Source: Octopus sinensis
Taxonomy: Eukaryota
Assembly: GCF_006345805.1 (NCBI RefSeq)
Contig: NC_043005.1
Coordinates: forward strand, 99,076,001 to 99,140,000
Direction of reading: 5' to 3'
DNA: 64,000 bases
Position numbers and translations under genes: made by a program. The notes beneath the pieces were generated by a model, which saw only the letters and a list, made by a program, of their open reading frames with translations, was not told the origin of the DNA and ran no database searches. Positions 1-12,750 of this stretch are shown here, in pieces (position 1 is the stretch's first letter; the number at the start of each line of letters is the position of its first letter).

Positions 1-1027
1 TTTATACAAAAACACATACTTATGACTTGCACATAAATATAAGACACTGTTGATATATATATACAAGGGTGTATATATATATATATATATGTATATATAC
101 ACCCTTATGCATCTATACACTCTTGATGCCTCATCTATTGGTGTATAGAGTTGTAGGCATATATAACTTCATGTGTGTGTATCTAATACATGTATTTGTG
201 TGTGTATACACACACACATCTAGGTAGTGGGTAGTGATTTTCTTCACTAATTCAGGGAGTGGTGAATCTGCCTGACATGAGTCCCGGGCTCAGCTGGCTC
301 TGGCTGACAGTACCTGGTATGGGCCCCTATCCAGGGTTACCGAAAGGAGACAACCTTCAAAGAAATCTGGAGTGGAGTCCCGTAGGCAGTTTAGTGTTTG
401 ACTCGACACTCTTCCGGCAGCTCCTACAACCAAGCTGGTGCCAAACGTAATGCTCTGCATTCCTTTGGACTATGTCAGCAAGGTCGAGAGAGAAAACCTG
501 ACGATTGGGCTATCCAAGATTTTCTTACATCCAGCCCAGGCCTGCGCAAAACTGAAGAGGAAACTGGAGAGAACATGAAATGTAAAAACCAGACTGGATT
601 AGTTTATGCGCAACTCCATTGTCTCCTGAGACAAAAGGATGCCAACGACACATGCACATATCCATACAAGTGTAAATACATGTAAACAATTGATATAATT
701 ATATATATATATATATATATTGATAAAACGGTAAGATAACAAAAGAAAGAAAGAGACCTCAATATTATGTAAATAGAGGAAATTTATCTATACAATATGT
801 TACATTACTCGGTAGTCAAGATAAAACTCTGAGTTTCAGATGCCGAAGTGGAAATCCACAACACCATCTTTTCGGTTATCTGGCTATTTGAAAACGTTAT
901 GAAAAAATACCGTTAAAAATGAAGGGAAATTACTCTGTTATAACTCTGCTTTGCCTGCGTACTTATACATCGCTCGCATTTTTCGTCATAAAAATTATAT
1001 AAAAATATATAAATTCTTCTTGGGACA

Positions 1028-2421
1028 TTACACAGAAAGCATGTCCCAACCGTTTTCTTTAGGGGACCAAAAACGTAACAGAAATTTAGTCACATGTGGG
1101 CATGATCCGAAAAGCTCTGTCCTTGTATTTAGACATGTAGTAGGGTCTAAGCTGCTTTTCCAGATAAGCCATCTCTCCATGTCGCATAAACCGCACCTTC
1201 CGCTGCCGTTAGTATAGGGCTTACATCTGGCCAAAATCTTCCATTGTATGTTATAATCGACACCTTTATCTCTTAAAGACCAAATATGATTGGATAATTG
1301 TGTCGCTTTTCTTTTGTTCCAGTGCCTAAAGCTCAAAGTGTGGTTATTGAACCTGGCCTTGAAATTACCCTCTGTAAGGCCCACGTATTTCTTCGTCGAA
1401 ACGGTGTCTTTAGTGGTTATAGAGTTTACGGTAGCTTCATATATGATGGTCTTGGACATGCAAGCTCCATTTAGCGGGCACAATTCTTTATTCCTGCATG
1501 AACAGCTGTTTTCTTCTTGTGTTTTTTGTATGTTATGATTGATTATGTTTTTAAAATTCGTAGTTGAACTAAAACTAATTTTTAAATTGTGTCTATTGAA
1601 GAGTTTCCTATAAGCATGGTTAACTGGAAAATGTCTATCTATCAGTGCTAGGAAATATTTACCTATATTGAAGGCCACCTCGGGTGAGTAAGGGGGCGTA
1701 AACCAGATGACCTTCCTATTTCTATTATTCCTTTTCCTTACTGTTGGGCTAGTGATAGGTGTATATTTTATTTTTTCGCTAGAACCACTATCTTTTAAAG
1801 CTTTATTATAAACTGGGGCAACGCTATTGAAGATGTCCTCATTAGATGAGAGGCTAGAAATCCTCTTACTAATATTTTTAACTAAATTTTTGAATACTAT
1901 AGGGGGATGGCATGAACCTACATTAATATAACTTAGTCTATCATTGGGCTTCTTATAAGGCTTATAAATATTTTTATTAAGATCTAAGGAAACGTCTAAG
2001 AAATTGACAACCGTCAGGTTAGTGTCTATAGTTATACTAAGTCCGAAGTGTTTCATTAACTGGATAATATCCTTCCTAAAACGATCTTGTGCTGGTCCAT
2101 TTGTATTAGCTATTAAGGCGAGGGCATCATCTTTGTAGATGGCGAAATGTACGTTAGGGAATGTCTTACCGAAGGTGTCTAGGAAAAAGAGTCCAATTAG
2201 ATCACAGATGCCTGCCCCATCATATGAACCCATGCTCACATCGAAAGCGCCCTCCGTGTCGGTGTTTTTTACCCACTTTGCATTCTCACTGAAAAGTAAT
2301 GTCTTTCTAGCATGGAAGATTATGTCCTTATCATTGGTACTAATATCTATGAAGTCACTAGCGAAGATTAGGGCTTTATCTAGCAGTTCTTTAGAGATAG
2401 AGGCATAAAAATCAACAATAT
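1028..2421 (-). CDS. PLE reverse transcriptase (from motif A) plus GIY-YIG endonuclease, uninterrupted but 5'-truncated
   Basis: The frame is open upstream of the annotated Met at 2239, reading IVDFYASISKELL...FDVSMGSYDGAGIC. It continues with YKDD, VNFLDVSL, VIWFTPPYS, CPLNGAC, IIYEATV...KKYVGLTEGNFKARFNNH (GIY-YIG) and CGLCDMER. Confidence 0.9.
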
Positions 2422-2544
2422 TTTTATATAATTTTTATGACGAAAAATGCGAGCGATGTATAAGTACGCAGGCAAAGCAGAGTTATAACAGTGTAATTTC
2501 CCTTCATTTTTAACGGTATTTTTTCATAACGTTTTCAAATAGCC

Positions 2545-2607
2545 AGATAACCGAAGAGATGGTGTTGTGGATTTCCACTTCGGCATCTGAAACTCAGAGT
2601 TTTATCT
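2545..2607 (+). ncRNA. Degenerate type I hammerhead-like motif in PLE1 pseudo-LTR (second copy 819-881 on minus strand)
   Basis: Stem I AGATAA/TTATCT, core CCGAAGA (U4C), stem II GATG/CATC with an extra T, GAAA, stem III AACTC-A-GAGTT, GUU site. The other copy has core CCGAAAA. Confidence 0.55.
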
Positions 2608-2629
2608 TGACTACCGAGTAATGTAACAT

Positions 2630-2669
<40 letters not shown>

Positions 2670-3258
2670 CTAATGAACACATCATGATTTTCAGAGATGC
2701 ATATACATGTATAAACTCTGATGCATGTGCATAGCTACAAGTTACTAGCCAGTAACCTGCTTTAATGTGGCATGCTACATTTGGGAGAAACAAGTCCCTA
2801 ATCTGCCCATGCCATCTGTGTCATAAGCCTGAGAATCCAGCCAACCACAACCAACACCATTGGTGACACTGGTACCACTACCACCAACACCCAATTCTCC
2901 AAAAATATTAAAATATAAAAGCTGTGTTAAGGTTTTCAGTTGCTAGTAATTACCGCCGCCACCACCACCACCACTGCGACCACTGGCACCACTTCCACCA
3001 TCGCCACCACTGCTCCACCACTTCCACCATCACCACTGCTGCCGCTGTCACCACATTAGCAGGTTCTTGTTCTTGTATTTCCATTCCTCTTCTGTCTCTT
3101 CCTCATCAATTAACACAACTGAGGAACATCCTAATTCATTTTGCTTCAGGTCTTCCTGGAGCTGTGAGAGATAATGGCTTCATTGCCATTTCAGAGAAAT
3201 GTTGAGTTTTATACATACATAAATACATTCATTTATTCTTACTGTGTGTGAGCGCGTG

Positions 3259-3259
<1 letters not shown>

Positions 3260-3318
<59 letters not shown>
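3260..3318. repeat. (TG)n microsatellite
   Basis: Direct inspection. Confidence 0.95.
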
Positions 3319-3319
<1 letters not shown>

Positions 3320-3480
3320 ATGTACTTGAGTTGTATGTGGATAATTACACATGACACACACACACACTTACATATGTTTGAATTAATGTCTGCAAACACA
3401 CCAACATATATGTATGGACATACCTTAAATGAATATTCTTAAAAGCCACTTGAAAATGAGCATGCACATACATATATACA

Positions 3481-3600
3481 TTCATGCACACATTCATACA
3501 CACACTACTCTTTCATGCACACATTCATACACACACTACTCTTTCATGCACACATTCATACACACACTACTCTTTCATGCACACATTCATACACACACTC
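3481..3600. repeat. 31-bp minisatellite, about 4 copies
   Basis: TTCATGCACACATTCATACACACACTACTCT starts at 3481, 3512, 3543 and 3574. Confidence 0.9.
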
Positions 3601-4912
3601 CTACTCCGAATCAAGGGCTGATTTGTCAAAAAAAAAATCTTTGTGAATATTCTCTTGATTGTAAACCAAGATTATCCAAGAAGTCTGATGCAAAATTTCT
3701 GGCTAACATCTATTTGTTTTTAAGCTTCAAGTGTCATCTTATATAAGTCCAGTATGATGTGGCATGGTTTTTAGTTAGCAGTGAATTTAAATTTGCTTCG
3801 AGAGGCATGAAGATTCTAGAAATTATTATAGCAAGAGAACAAAAAGAATTGGCATCATTTTAAGTTTAGCATGATACTGGACTCATTCCCATCATTCTGC
3901 TTTTATTTTTTATTTTTATTTTACTTTATACAAATTTATATTCTTACTTTAATTCTTTTATTGTTTTTCTTTTTCCTAACAAATCTCAAAGCGTTTTGAT
4001 AGAATGAGACAATTTTACAGTTCTCCATATTTCAAGTGGATATTTGGAAATACTTTTATTCTTAGCAGAGAAAAATATATTTCTTTTTCCACTTAGTATT
4101 TCACTTTTAGTTTCTACTTAAGATCTTCAGGGTATTCCATTTCTTTTTTTTTTTTTTCATTTTCTTTAAATTGGATTTTTGAAACTTTTTATTTGAGTTG
4201 ACTAAAATAAATAAATTCTTAATAATTTGGTTTAAAATTTTCAGACAAATTTTATTGTTGTTGAAAGTTCTGTACGATCTCTGATTGAAGTAGAATGTTG
4301 CTATCAAATTTTATTCATCATTTCTCATGAATTTTTTTGTTTATACATTTATATGGTTGTTTGTAATGGTTATTGATTTATTTTATTGTATATTTTGTTT
4401 ATATATTTAGTGTGGGTGGGAAAGGTTTGTAATTCAATTTTTCAGTTTTTGTTCCATTGCTAATAGTATGCAGTCTGATAATTTCAAAATTTGATTAGGT
4501 TTGCAAATTAAAGTTAATTTGCTCTACTGAACCACAATGGGGTGTAGGCCCAATTTTACTTTAATATTTGGTTTGTTAAGGTAAACAGTACAGAATTTAT
4601 TTTCCTATCATGTTTCTCTAATAATGATTTTTAAAACAGGACCACAATCTTAGGTTTTGCGGAAGAGTATAGTTGATTACAATTGATACCCAGGTCCTGA
4701 TTAGTCCTGTTTTATTAACTACACAAGAACAAATGATAATGCTTTCTGTTGGCTAGATGCTGGATTGACTTATGAATATGAAATATAATTTAGTGACTTC
4801 ATTGGACTGAATCATAAAGCCATCTCTGCCAGTGAGAATGTGCATGAATCAAATGAAATACTATATGACATTCAGCTAGCTCCGTACCATTTCTCCTGTT
4901 TCTGTCTGCCCC

Positions 4913-4949
<37 letters not shown>

Positions 4950-4950
4950 T

Positions 4951-5630
4951 TTGCTATAGCCCATATTTTATACCAAGACAAAACAATGTATATGATAACA
5001 CTTCCAATCAGTTAAGATCAGAAGTGGTATGAGCAGAATTTTGCTGTAATAATAAATGCCCTGATGCAGTACCAGGCAGTGGCTCTCATGGCTTCTGATC
5101 TTAACTGATTGAAAGTGTTATCATGTACATTGTTTTATCTTGGTATAAAAGATGGGCTACAGCAAATATTCTGCTCAATACCACAGATTTGCTTGTCTGT
5201 TGTTTGACCTTAACCAGTTGAGCATGTCCCTTAGTGGCTGATGATATGTGCATCTCTGATCACGAGCAGAAGTAGTGGGGGAGCATCATAGTCATGTGTT
5301 GAGTGGGATTCTTTGGGGTTTGAATAATTCACCTCTGGAAACATGGGTGTTTCATTCAACATCCTTAAACAACCCTTATTCAGGGACCTTTTGAGCGGGA
5401 TGGGCTACTCGACTAGAAGAAAATTCTAACTGGGCGTCACCTGCAAGGTCATGCACTGTTTATCTTGATATGAGATCACCATGTCATGCACATATGGTTA
5501 TGATGCATGTGCCTAGTGTACCCTTATCAGACGGGTAGTCATGATGGGTATGCTGGGCTTCGTATATTTTACCCCAGTGTTACTTTGATGGTATGCACTG
5601 CTCCCTCACTCAATAATAATAATATTAATA
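4951..5630 (+). mobile_element. Retroelement 3'-UTR-like repeat ending in (TAA)n, with a 74-bp inverted partial copy at its 5' side
   Basis: 4951-5024 is the reverse complement of 5092-5165. There is a (TAA)n tail at ~5611-5630 and a (TAA)n tract at 4914-4949. Confidence 0.55.
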
Positions 5631-5739
5631 ATGTATTCTCAATAGTAAATGAAAAACTTAGCAAAAAACACTGACATACATATTATTACAGGTACAAAAA
5701 TGTGTTTGACGAGTGTGTACAGCTGGATAATGGTATGCT

Positions 5740-6125
5740 TGCACTGAGTGGTTTTGAAAAGAAAGAGACAGAGAATCGCTGCTATGAAAGGCTATTAAAT
5801 ATGGAAAATGCACAGGAGAAAGACTCCCCAATGTTGACACAGCAGATGGGTCAGTTATTCTAGCTAAGATAAGACAATAAAAGATATGAAGACAGGAAAT
5901 TAAGGAATTACTGCAGAGATGCTTCAAATATCTGGCAGAGTAAGATATGGCCTAGTCCCCCATATTGTTAATCAGGTTAAAGAGGAAGGTGTCATACCCA
6001 ATGACTGATGTAGTAGCATTATATAGTCAGCTGTTACATGGATAAAGGAAATGTTTTAGAAGTACTTAGAGAGGTATCAAATTGCTGGACCAGGTCATGA
6101 AAGTTATGGAGAGAGTTATTGTTCA
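5740..6125 (+). pseudogene. Degraded RTE LINE RT fragment, same family as the 45.8-49.1 kb element
   Basis: Shares GGAATTACTGCAGAGATGCT, GTCATACCCAATGACTG and (TT/GC)GCTGGA(C/T)CAGGT(C/A)ATGAA with ~47260-47650. Confidence 0.8.
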
Positions 6126-6952
6126 CATTATTGCTGCCACCACCACCATACCACCACCACCACCACTACCACCACTGCCTCCCCCACCACTACTGCCCCC
6201 CCCCCCATCACGATCATTATCATTTGTGTATAGAAATCTTTTTGCAAACATGTTTAGAATTGAGATAATATTAATTTCTAACATTGGCTCAAGGTCACAT
6301 AGTTTCCGTGGGGACAAGTACGTGGAATGGCTGGTTGAATTCATATTTCCCCCACCCAATTCTTAAAGATAATTATTTTTTCACAATGACCCCAGAAGAA
6401 TGAAAGATAATTTTACCCCCTGGTAAGATATAAAATCAGAATGTAAAAGGATGTCAGTAAAAACCACCAGGCATTTTGACTGTTGTTGGAACATCTCACT
6501 GTCAATCCACTGCCCTTAGGACATAAAATTATATTAACATCAGTTACATGAAAATATCTTAATGCTAGCATTGAATCAATTATTAGTTTATCTTGCTGCT
6601 GAAGTCATTGAATATAATGAATATTGAGATATCATGACCAGAAAGGTCATTTAAATACTACTGAGTTTCAGAACAGTTTGGGGTAAAATTCCAAAGAACA
6701 AAATATGAAATTCTAAAACACATAAACACACACATACACACTCAACAGTATGCGTATCACACAGACAAGCTCATGTGCATATATAGACACAGGCTTGGCT
6801 GTGGATAGACACAACTGTAGTTATGCAGTAAGAGGTTTGCTTCTCAACCATGTGGTTTTGGATTCAGTCCCACTATATGATACCTTGAGCAAGTGTCTTC
6901 TACTATACTCCTGTGTTGACCAAAGCCTTGTGAAGCTTGTCTTGTATATATA

Positions 6953-7205
6953 TCATCATCATCGTTTAACGTCCGTTCTCCATGCTAGCATGGGTTGGAC
7001 GGTTCGACCGGGGATCTGGGAAGCCAGAAGGCTGCACCAGGCTCCAGTCTGATTTGGCAATGTTTCTACAACTGGATGCCCTTCCTAACGCCAACCACTC
7101 CGTGAGTGTAGTGGGTGCTTTTTACATGCCACCTGCACAGGTGCTAGGCGAGGCTGGTAATGGCCACGATCGGATTGGTGCATTTTATGTGCCACCAGCA
7201 CGAAC
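6953..7205 (-). mobile_element. SINE-like family C (GGTGGCAC..AAAAGCACC / AGGAAGGGCATCCAG / CCCATGCTAGCATGG / (GAT)n tail)
   Basis: Reverse-complement match to the copies at 8855, 13960, 16425, 51130 and 63252. Confidence 0.8.
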
Positions 7206-7648
7206 GTGCCAATATATATATATGAAAGAAGGTTTGAAAATGCAATTTTAAAAGATGTTTATTCACTTGACCAGTTTCCTTTTTTAGGAAAAGATTGTCA
7301 AAAGTAAAATGTAAAAGATTTGTTGTGTTAGGTGCTGGTTGTCACAAAATATTACAATACATATATACATTCTTTGATAATAATAAGAAAATGTTAAAAA
7401 CAGTTTACAAGGAAAACTCTTGGGAAAATATTAAAAAATTAAAAAGTTCATTAATATTTATAAATATTTATAAAAAGTGTAGGTGGCACACGAGTGGATA
7501 TATATTTATAAAAAAGAATTTTGAAAACGCCACTATCTAAGATAAATTATAATTTTCTTAGAGATTTTACATGTTTCAGTTCTTCTTGAAAAAACGAACC
7601 TTATCAAAAATATTTTTAAAAGTTAAGTGTAATAAAAAAGTTCATAAT

Positions 7649-7865
7649 TGTTTCTTACTAGTCTCAACAGAGTCCACGTGGTGGTATTTTGTGGGTGGGG
7701 GGAGCATAATGGCTGTCTTGTTGACTAGAATCATTGGCTGTAATCGTGAAAGTGACTCTTTCACAATTACAGCCAATGATTCTAGTCAATGCACAAGACA
7801 GCTATTATGCTCCCCCCACCCACAAAACACCACCACGTGGACTCTGTTGAGACTAGTAAGAAACA
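7649..7865. repeat. 217-bp near-perfect palindrome (foldback or MITE-like)
   Basis: Arms of ~105 bp: TGTTTCTTACTAGTCTCAACAGAGTCC...GTGAAAG, loop TGACT, CTTTCAC...GGACTCTGTTGAGACTAGTAAGAAACA. Few mismatches and one 4-nt indel. Confidence 0.95.
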
Positions 7866-7902
7866 GAGCTTGGTTTCTTCTTACCCACAACTGATCTTTC
7901 CA

Positions 7903-8226
7903 AGTATGAGATCTTGAATGATTTTTGAGTGCTGAAAGGCATTTGAAGTGCTGATCACAGAAAACTTCATACAAATTCCATTAGATTAATTTACCAAATT
8001 AATTATCATAATTATGGATGTATTTGAACATTTCTGTATTCTCATAACTTTTGGCTTCACTTAAAAGCGGTTGTTCTGTTGAAACACAGAACTCTGCAGT
8101 AGTTACCATGAGAGAAACTCTCATATTGGTTTCCACTGTGTAAACACATTCTTCCTTATATTGCTAGTGGGGAGATAAATCATCTGCCACCGGCAGCACT
8201 GAGACCACCAGATCACATGATTTTGC
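7903..8226 (-). pseudogene. Degenerate C2H2 zinc-finger gene relic
   Basis: YEVFCDQHFKCLSALKNHSRSHT fits C-x3-F-x5-L-x2-H-x3-H-T with the first Cys lost. The same frame extends upstream (QYKEECVYTVETNMRVSLMV...) with two stops. Confidence 0.5.
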
Positions 8227-8854
8227 CCTTCCGTGGCCTTGTCAATGGTGAATGCTCAGATGCTGGTGTATTCATGCAAAGCCAAAATCACATGATCTTG
8301 TGGTCTCAGTGGTGGTGGTGGTGGTGGATATTTTATCTCCCTACAAGCAATATAAACATGAATATAGTTACACACTGAAAGCCAATATGAGAATCCCTCT
8401 TATGGTAACTGCTGTAGTATTCCGTGTTTTAACAGAATATTTACTTTACAGTGGGGATAAATATTTCCTTTTGATATTAAATACTGCTTCTGTCATACAC
8501 ACATTTAGAAATGCTTTTGGCATTTACCACCTTATTTCCATACCCATACACACTATGTACATATACCTATGCATGTATTTACATGCACAATATTTAAAGG
8601 TGCAGGCATGCGTGTATAGTTAAGATGTTTGGTTCCCAACTTCATGGTTTTGGGGTCAGTCCCACCATATGACACCTTATACAACTGCCTTCTACTCTCA
8701 CCCTGGGTTGACTAAACCATTATGAGTAAATTTGGTAGATGGAAACTGAGAGAAGCCAGTTGTGTGTATGTGTATGTGTGTGTATATATATATATATAAT
8801 ATATATATATATACACACACACATATAAATATACATATATAGATATGCTTCTGT

Positions 8855-9105
8855 GCAGGTGGCACATAAAACCACCATTTGAGTGTGGCTGTTGCTAGTA
8901 CCACCTGACTGGCCCTCGTTCCGGTGGCACGTAAAAGCACCCACTACACTCTCTGAGTGATTGGTGGTATTAGGAAGGGCATCCAGCTGTAGAAACTCTG
9001 CCAGACCAGATTGGAGTCTGGTGCAGCCATCTGGTTCACCAGGCCTCAGTCAAATCGTCCAACCCATGCTAGCATGGAAAGCAAACATTAAACGATGATT
9101 ATGAT
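8855..9105 (+). mobile_element. SINE-like family C copy
   Basis: Same motifs and (GAT)n tail. Confidence 0.8.
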
Positions 9106-10218
9106 GAGATATATGGGTGTGTGAGAGAGAGAGTATGTGTATATTTGTGTCTCGAGACATCGTGCATCATGTGATTGTTGGAAACGAATGTGATTCAATG
9201 CCATATTCTGCAAAAATATATTCTTACCTTGAAGTATTTAAGAATATATTGGAAACAGGTAAGGGTTGGTGATAGGAAGGGCATCCAGCCATCGAAAATC
9301 TGCCTTGATAAACAACGCCCGACCCATGCAAGCTTGGAAAAATTATGTATATATATGTATATATATTTCTATATTTCTATGTGTGTGTGTGTGTGTATGT
9401 GCAGACATGGATATGTTTTTAGAAAGTTTAGTTCCAACTCTGTAGTTGCAGGATCAGTTCCAGCGTGCACCATCTTGGCCTAGTATCTTTGACATATAGT
9501 CTCAGATCGACCAAAGATGTCTCTCTCCATCTTTATCCATCTGCCAATCTCCTTCCACACTCTTGAAAACTTACTTCCCTACCCACTTACATTATCCAAT
9601 CTGTACCGAGTCTCTTATATTCACCATCCTGTAACTTGACGGCTCATTCTGACACGTCTTCACCATCATCTTTCTTTTCTAATTGGAATAACCATGTTTC
9701 TCACAGCATGACACCTGTTCCTGTCTCTTTATCGTACTTTACATTTCATCACCTGGCACAAAGCCACCTCCTTCAATATTGCACCTCCTCATTTGATAGG
9801 GGCTTGCATGTAACTAGATCACTTCACTAGTGCTGGTAACAAGTAAAATGTACCCACTGTACTCTGTAAAATGGTTGGCATTAGGAAGAGCATCCAACCA
9901 TAGAGATCTTGCCAAAGCTGACACTGGAGCTTGGTGCAATCCTCTGGCTTGCCAGCTCCTGTTGAACCAGCTACCCTATGGAAAATAGATGTTAAATGAT
10001 GATAATATACACCTGTACATTATGTCTAGCCATACATTTTCCTCCATCGTTTGTAAACAAAGTACATTGTTATTTAAACATAGGATATTTATTTTATAAC
10101 ATAAGTTATCTATTCAGCACTAATTATTATAGCACCTAATGTTGTGTGTATTTGTATATACACATATACTAATAAATACACATGTGCCCGCACACTCGCA
10201 CACATGTGCATACGCATG

Positions 10219-10250
<32 letters not shown>

Positions 10251-11512
10251 TGGTTATTTATTAGTATAAAAATATTCTCTTTCATGTAGACAGTGTTTGA
10301 GATGAAATGGTAGAGTAGAGTGAAGTCAAACTCATTCCCAGAGATCTCATACTCAGAAAAATCAATCATGTGAGAGAAAAACATCTCAATAAAAATGAAA
10401 GAGGTTAAAAATGAAAGAAAAAGTGACTGTAACATTTGATTGGTTACTGAATTGTTAATGAGGTGCCCTGCCACTTCTTGTTGAAATACTATGTTTTATA
10501 ACAAATTAGATTTGATATTAACAATGTTGCCATTTACAAACTCTTTGAATTTTGTATGGGTTTTTATCTTTCCATTTTTGATTTATATTTGCTAAAAATT
10601 GATGGTGGTAATGGTGGTGGGGGTCATTATTGGATTTTGTTGTTTTTGTTAACACTGTAATTGTATCTTGGAATACTGTTGAAGACTCACAGTGGTTGAT
10701 GGAAACAGAAATTATAAATAGTATGCAATATTATATGGATATGATTAAGATGGTGAGCTATCCCTCTTGCAGCTCCCTAGATTCACAAAGGATTTGTAAT
10801 TTAAAAGCCCTGTCAGTATATCAGCTCTAATTAATACTGATTCCTGATACCGTTGAGTCATAGATGTCTAAGTTGATAATATTGGTTTAACAGATAAAAA
10901 TGTTTAATTCATATTTCATTACTGACACTTCTCTGGGTCCATAACTAAAAAAAAAATGGGAAAAAAAAGAAGAAAAAAATTTCATACACCCAAAGAATAG
11001 TTTTTAAGGGCCTGAGATTATTAGTAGTTTGTGTTTAGTGTATGATGAGATAGATCTGACTTTGGATACGATGAGAGAGTGTGCTATCTATTGTCAGCAA
11101 CCAGGTGAATAGTTGTATGTTGAATTAAGTATATTTCCCAACTAACCTAACAGTCTTTTACTATCGTGTTTGCAACATGCTCCACATCGTTGATCCTGTT
11201 TTCAGTTGCCATGATGTCGTGGGGACAGACTGGGACATTTTGTTTTTGACCCTGCATAATGGCAAAAATATGGAAACTATTGTGAAAGAAAGCTAACCCT
11301 GATTGCTTTTGGTTTGTACATTAATTATTTCATGGATTCTGGAAAGATAAAAACAGAGCTGACTCTGGTGTGATTTAAACTCTGAACAAATATTGCGAGG
11401 TATTTTGTCTGATGCTGGCAGGTTTGCAAGTTCACTGCAAGTACATAATAAAGTACATAATAAAGTACATAATAATAAAGTACATAATAAAGTATCTGTT
11501 AATTTTAAATAA

Positions 11513-11918
11513 GGCGTAGGAGTAGCTGTGTGGTAAGTAGCTTGCTTACCAACCACATGGTTCTGGGTTTAGTCCCACTGCGTGACACCTTGGGCAAGTG
11601 TCTTCTACTATAGCCTTAGGCCAACCAAAGCCTTGTGAGTGGATTTGGTAGACAGAAACTGAAAGAAGCCCATCGTATATATGTATATATATATATGTAT
11701 GTGTGTGTTTGTGTGTTTGTGTTTGTCCCCCCCCCCAACATCGCTTGACATCCGATGCTAGTGTGTTTACGTCCCCGTAACTTAGCGGCTCGGCAAAAGA
11801 GACCAATAGAATAAGTACTAGGCTTACAAAGAATAAGTCCTGAGGTCAATTTGCTCGACTAAAGGCGGTGATCCAGCATGGCCGCAGTCAAATGACTGAA
11901 AAAAGTAAAAAGAGTAAA
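11513..11918 (+). mobile_element. tRNA-derived SINE family A, full length
   Basis: Head GGCGTAGGAGTAGCTGTGTGG (A-box-like) and GGTTTAGTCCC (B-box-like), internal TA/TG tract, AGTAAAAAGAG tail. At least 10 related copies in the window. Confidence 0.88.
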
Positions 11919-12529
11919 GCTATAAATAATAAGATTCTTTAATTAAAGAATATGTCATTAGCTTACAAAGTTCAGTTTAAATGAAACCTATAGACAGATC
12001 AAAATATAAAACATTTTACTAACATGTCTTTGATTCAAAGAAAGGAGAATCTCAGGAGTTCCCTGACAACCTAGAGTTAGAGGATTCATTGCATGTGTTT
12101 GTATGTTTATGAATATGTAGTTATGTGTCAATGGTTATTGAAAAAATACTTTCCATTTTAGTGAAAGGGTGAGAAACAGTGTCTCTAACTTTTTGCCTGT
12201 CACTGGTGATGTTGAGAGAAAACTATTTCTGGTTGTCATCTGTAGGGAAAGCATCGATAGGATGTGTATGCATGTAAGAGGTCGTATATATGTGTGTGTG
12301 TGTGTGTGTGAGGTTCAGGACAGTGAAGTGTAACTGAAATGTTTTATATGAGGGAAGGAGAGGTGGATGAATTTGTATGCTACATCGTTTGGTAGATGAA
12401 AGGAGCAGCAACTGCTGTGGTTATTGAGAGAGGATACAACATGTTAGTGTAATAATTGTAGCTTGTTAATGAGGACTTGTTAATTAGTGATGTATAGGTA
12501 AAGTTACCTTTTTCAGTCGTACCTACTCA

Positions 12530-12750
12530 TACAGGTTGGTTTCCCGGTTTCATGGCATATATATTCCCCACCTGGACAGGACGCTGGTCTGTTGCAGGAT
12601 TACACATTTTTTCCAGCCGAGTGGATTGGAGCAAGGGGAAATGAAGTGTTTTGCTCAAGAACACAATGCATTGCCCAGACCAGGAATCGAGACCACAATC
12701 TTATGATCATGAGTCCAACACCCTAACCACTGAGCCATGTGCATCCACTG
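12530..12750 (-). mobile_element. tRNA-derived SINE of a different family
   Basis: Minus strand reads TGGCTCAGTGGTTAGGGTGTTGGAC (A box) and GGTCTCGATTCCTGG (B-box-like), followed by TTGTGTTCTTGAGCAAAACACTT. Confidence 0.7.

Larger units (their letters stand above)
721..2636 (-). mobile_element. Penelope-like element 1, 5'-truncated, with inverted pseudo-LTRs (721-1010 and 2418-2636), embedded in (TA)n
   Basis: 789-1008 is the near-perfect reverse complement of 2418-2636. The internal ORF encodes PLE-type RT and a GIY-YIG endonuclease. (TA)n lies at both ends. Confidence 0.93.

Noticed and set aside
560-590. CTGAAGAGGAAAC as a hammerhead core
   Set aside because: There is no room for stem II and no stem I or III pairing. 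The 259-690 region may be an RTE-like 5' fragment, but I cannot support that call.
3060-3165. Candidate minus-strand host exon (CTCTCACAG acceptor, LQEDLKQNELGCSSVVLIDEEETEEEWKYK)
   Set aside because: No convincing donor, no recognisable homology, and no linked exons. RNA-seq or blastx would be needed.
10660-10760. Candidate plus-strand exon ending at AAGATG/GTGAGC
   Set aside because: Good donor but weak acceptor, a short peptide, and no supporting homology.
11513-11585. tRNA gene at SINE heads
   Set aside because: A and B boxes are present but no full cloverleaf, and they continue into repeated SINE bodies.
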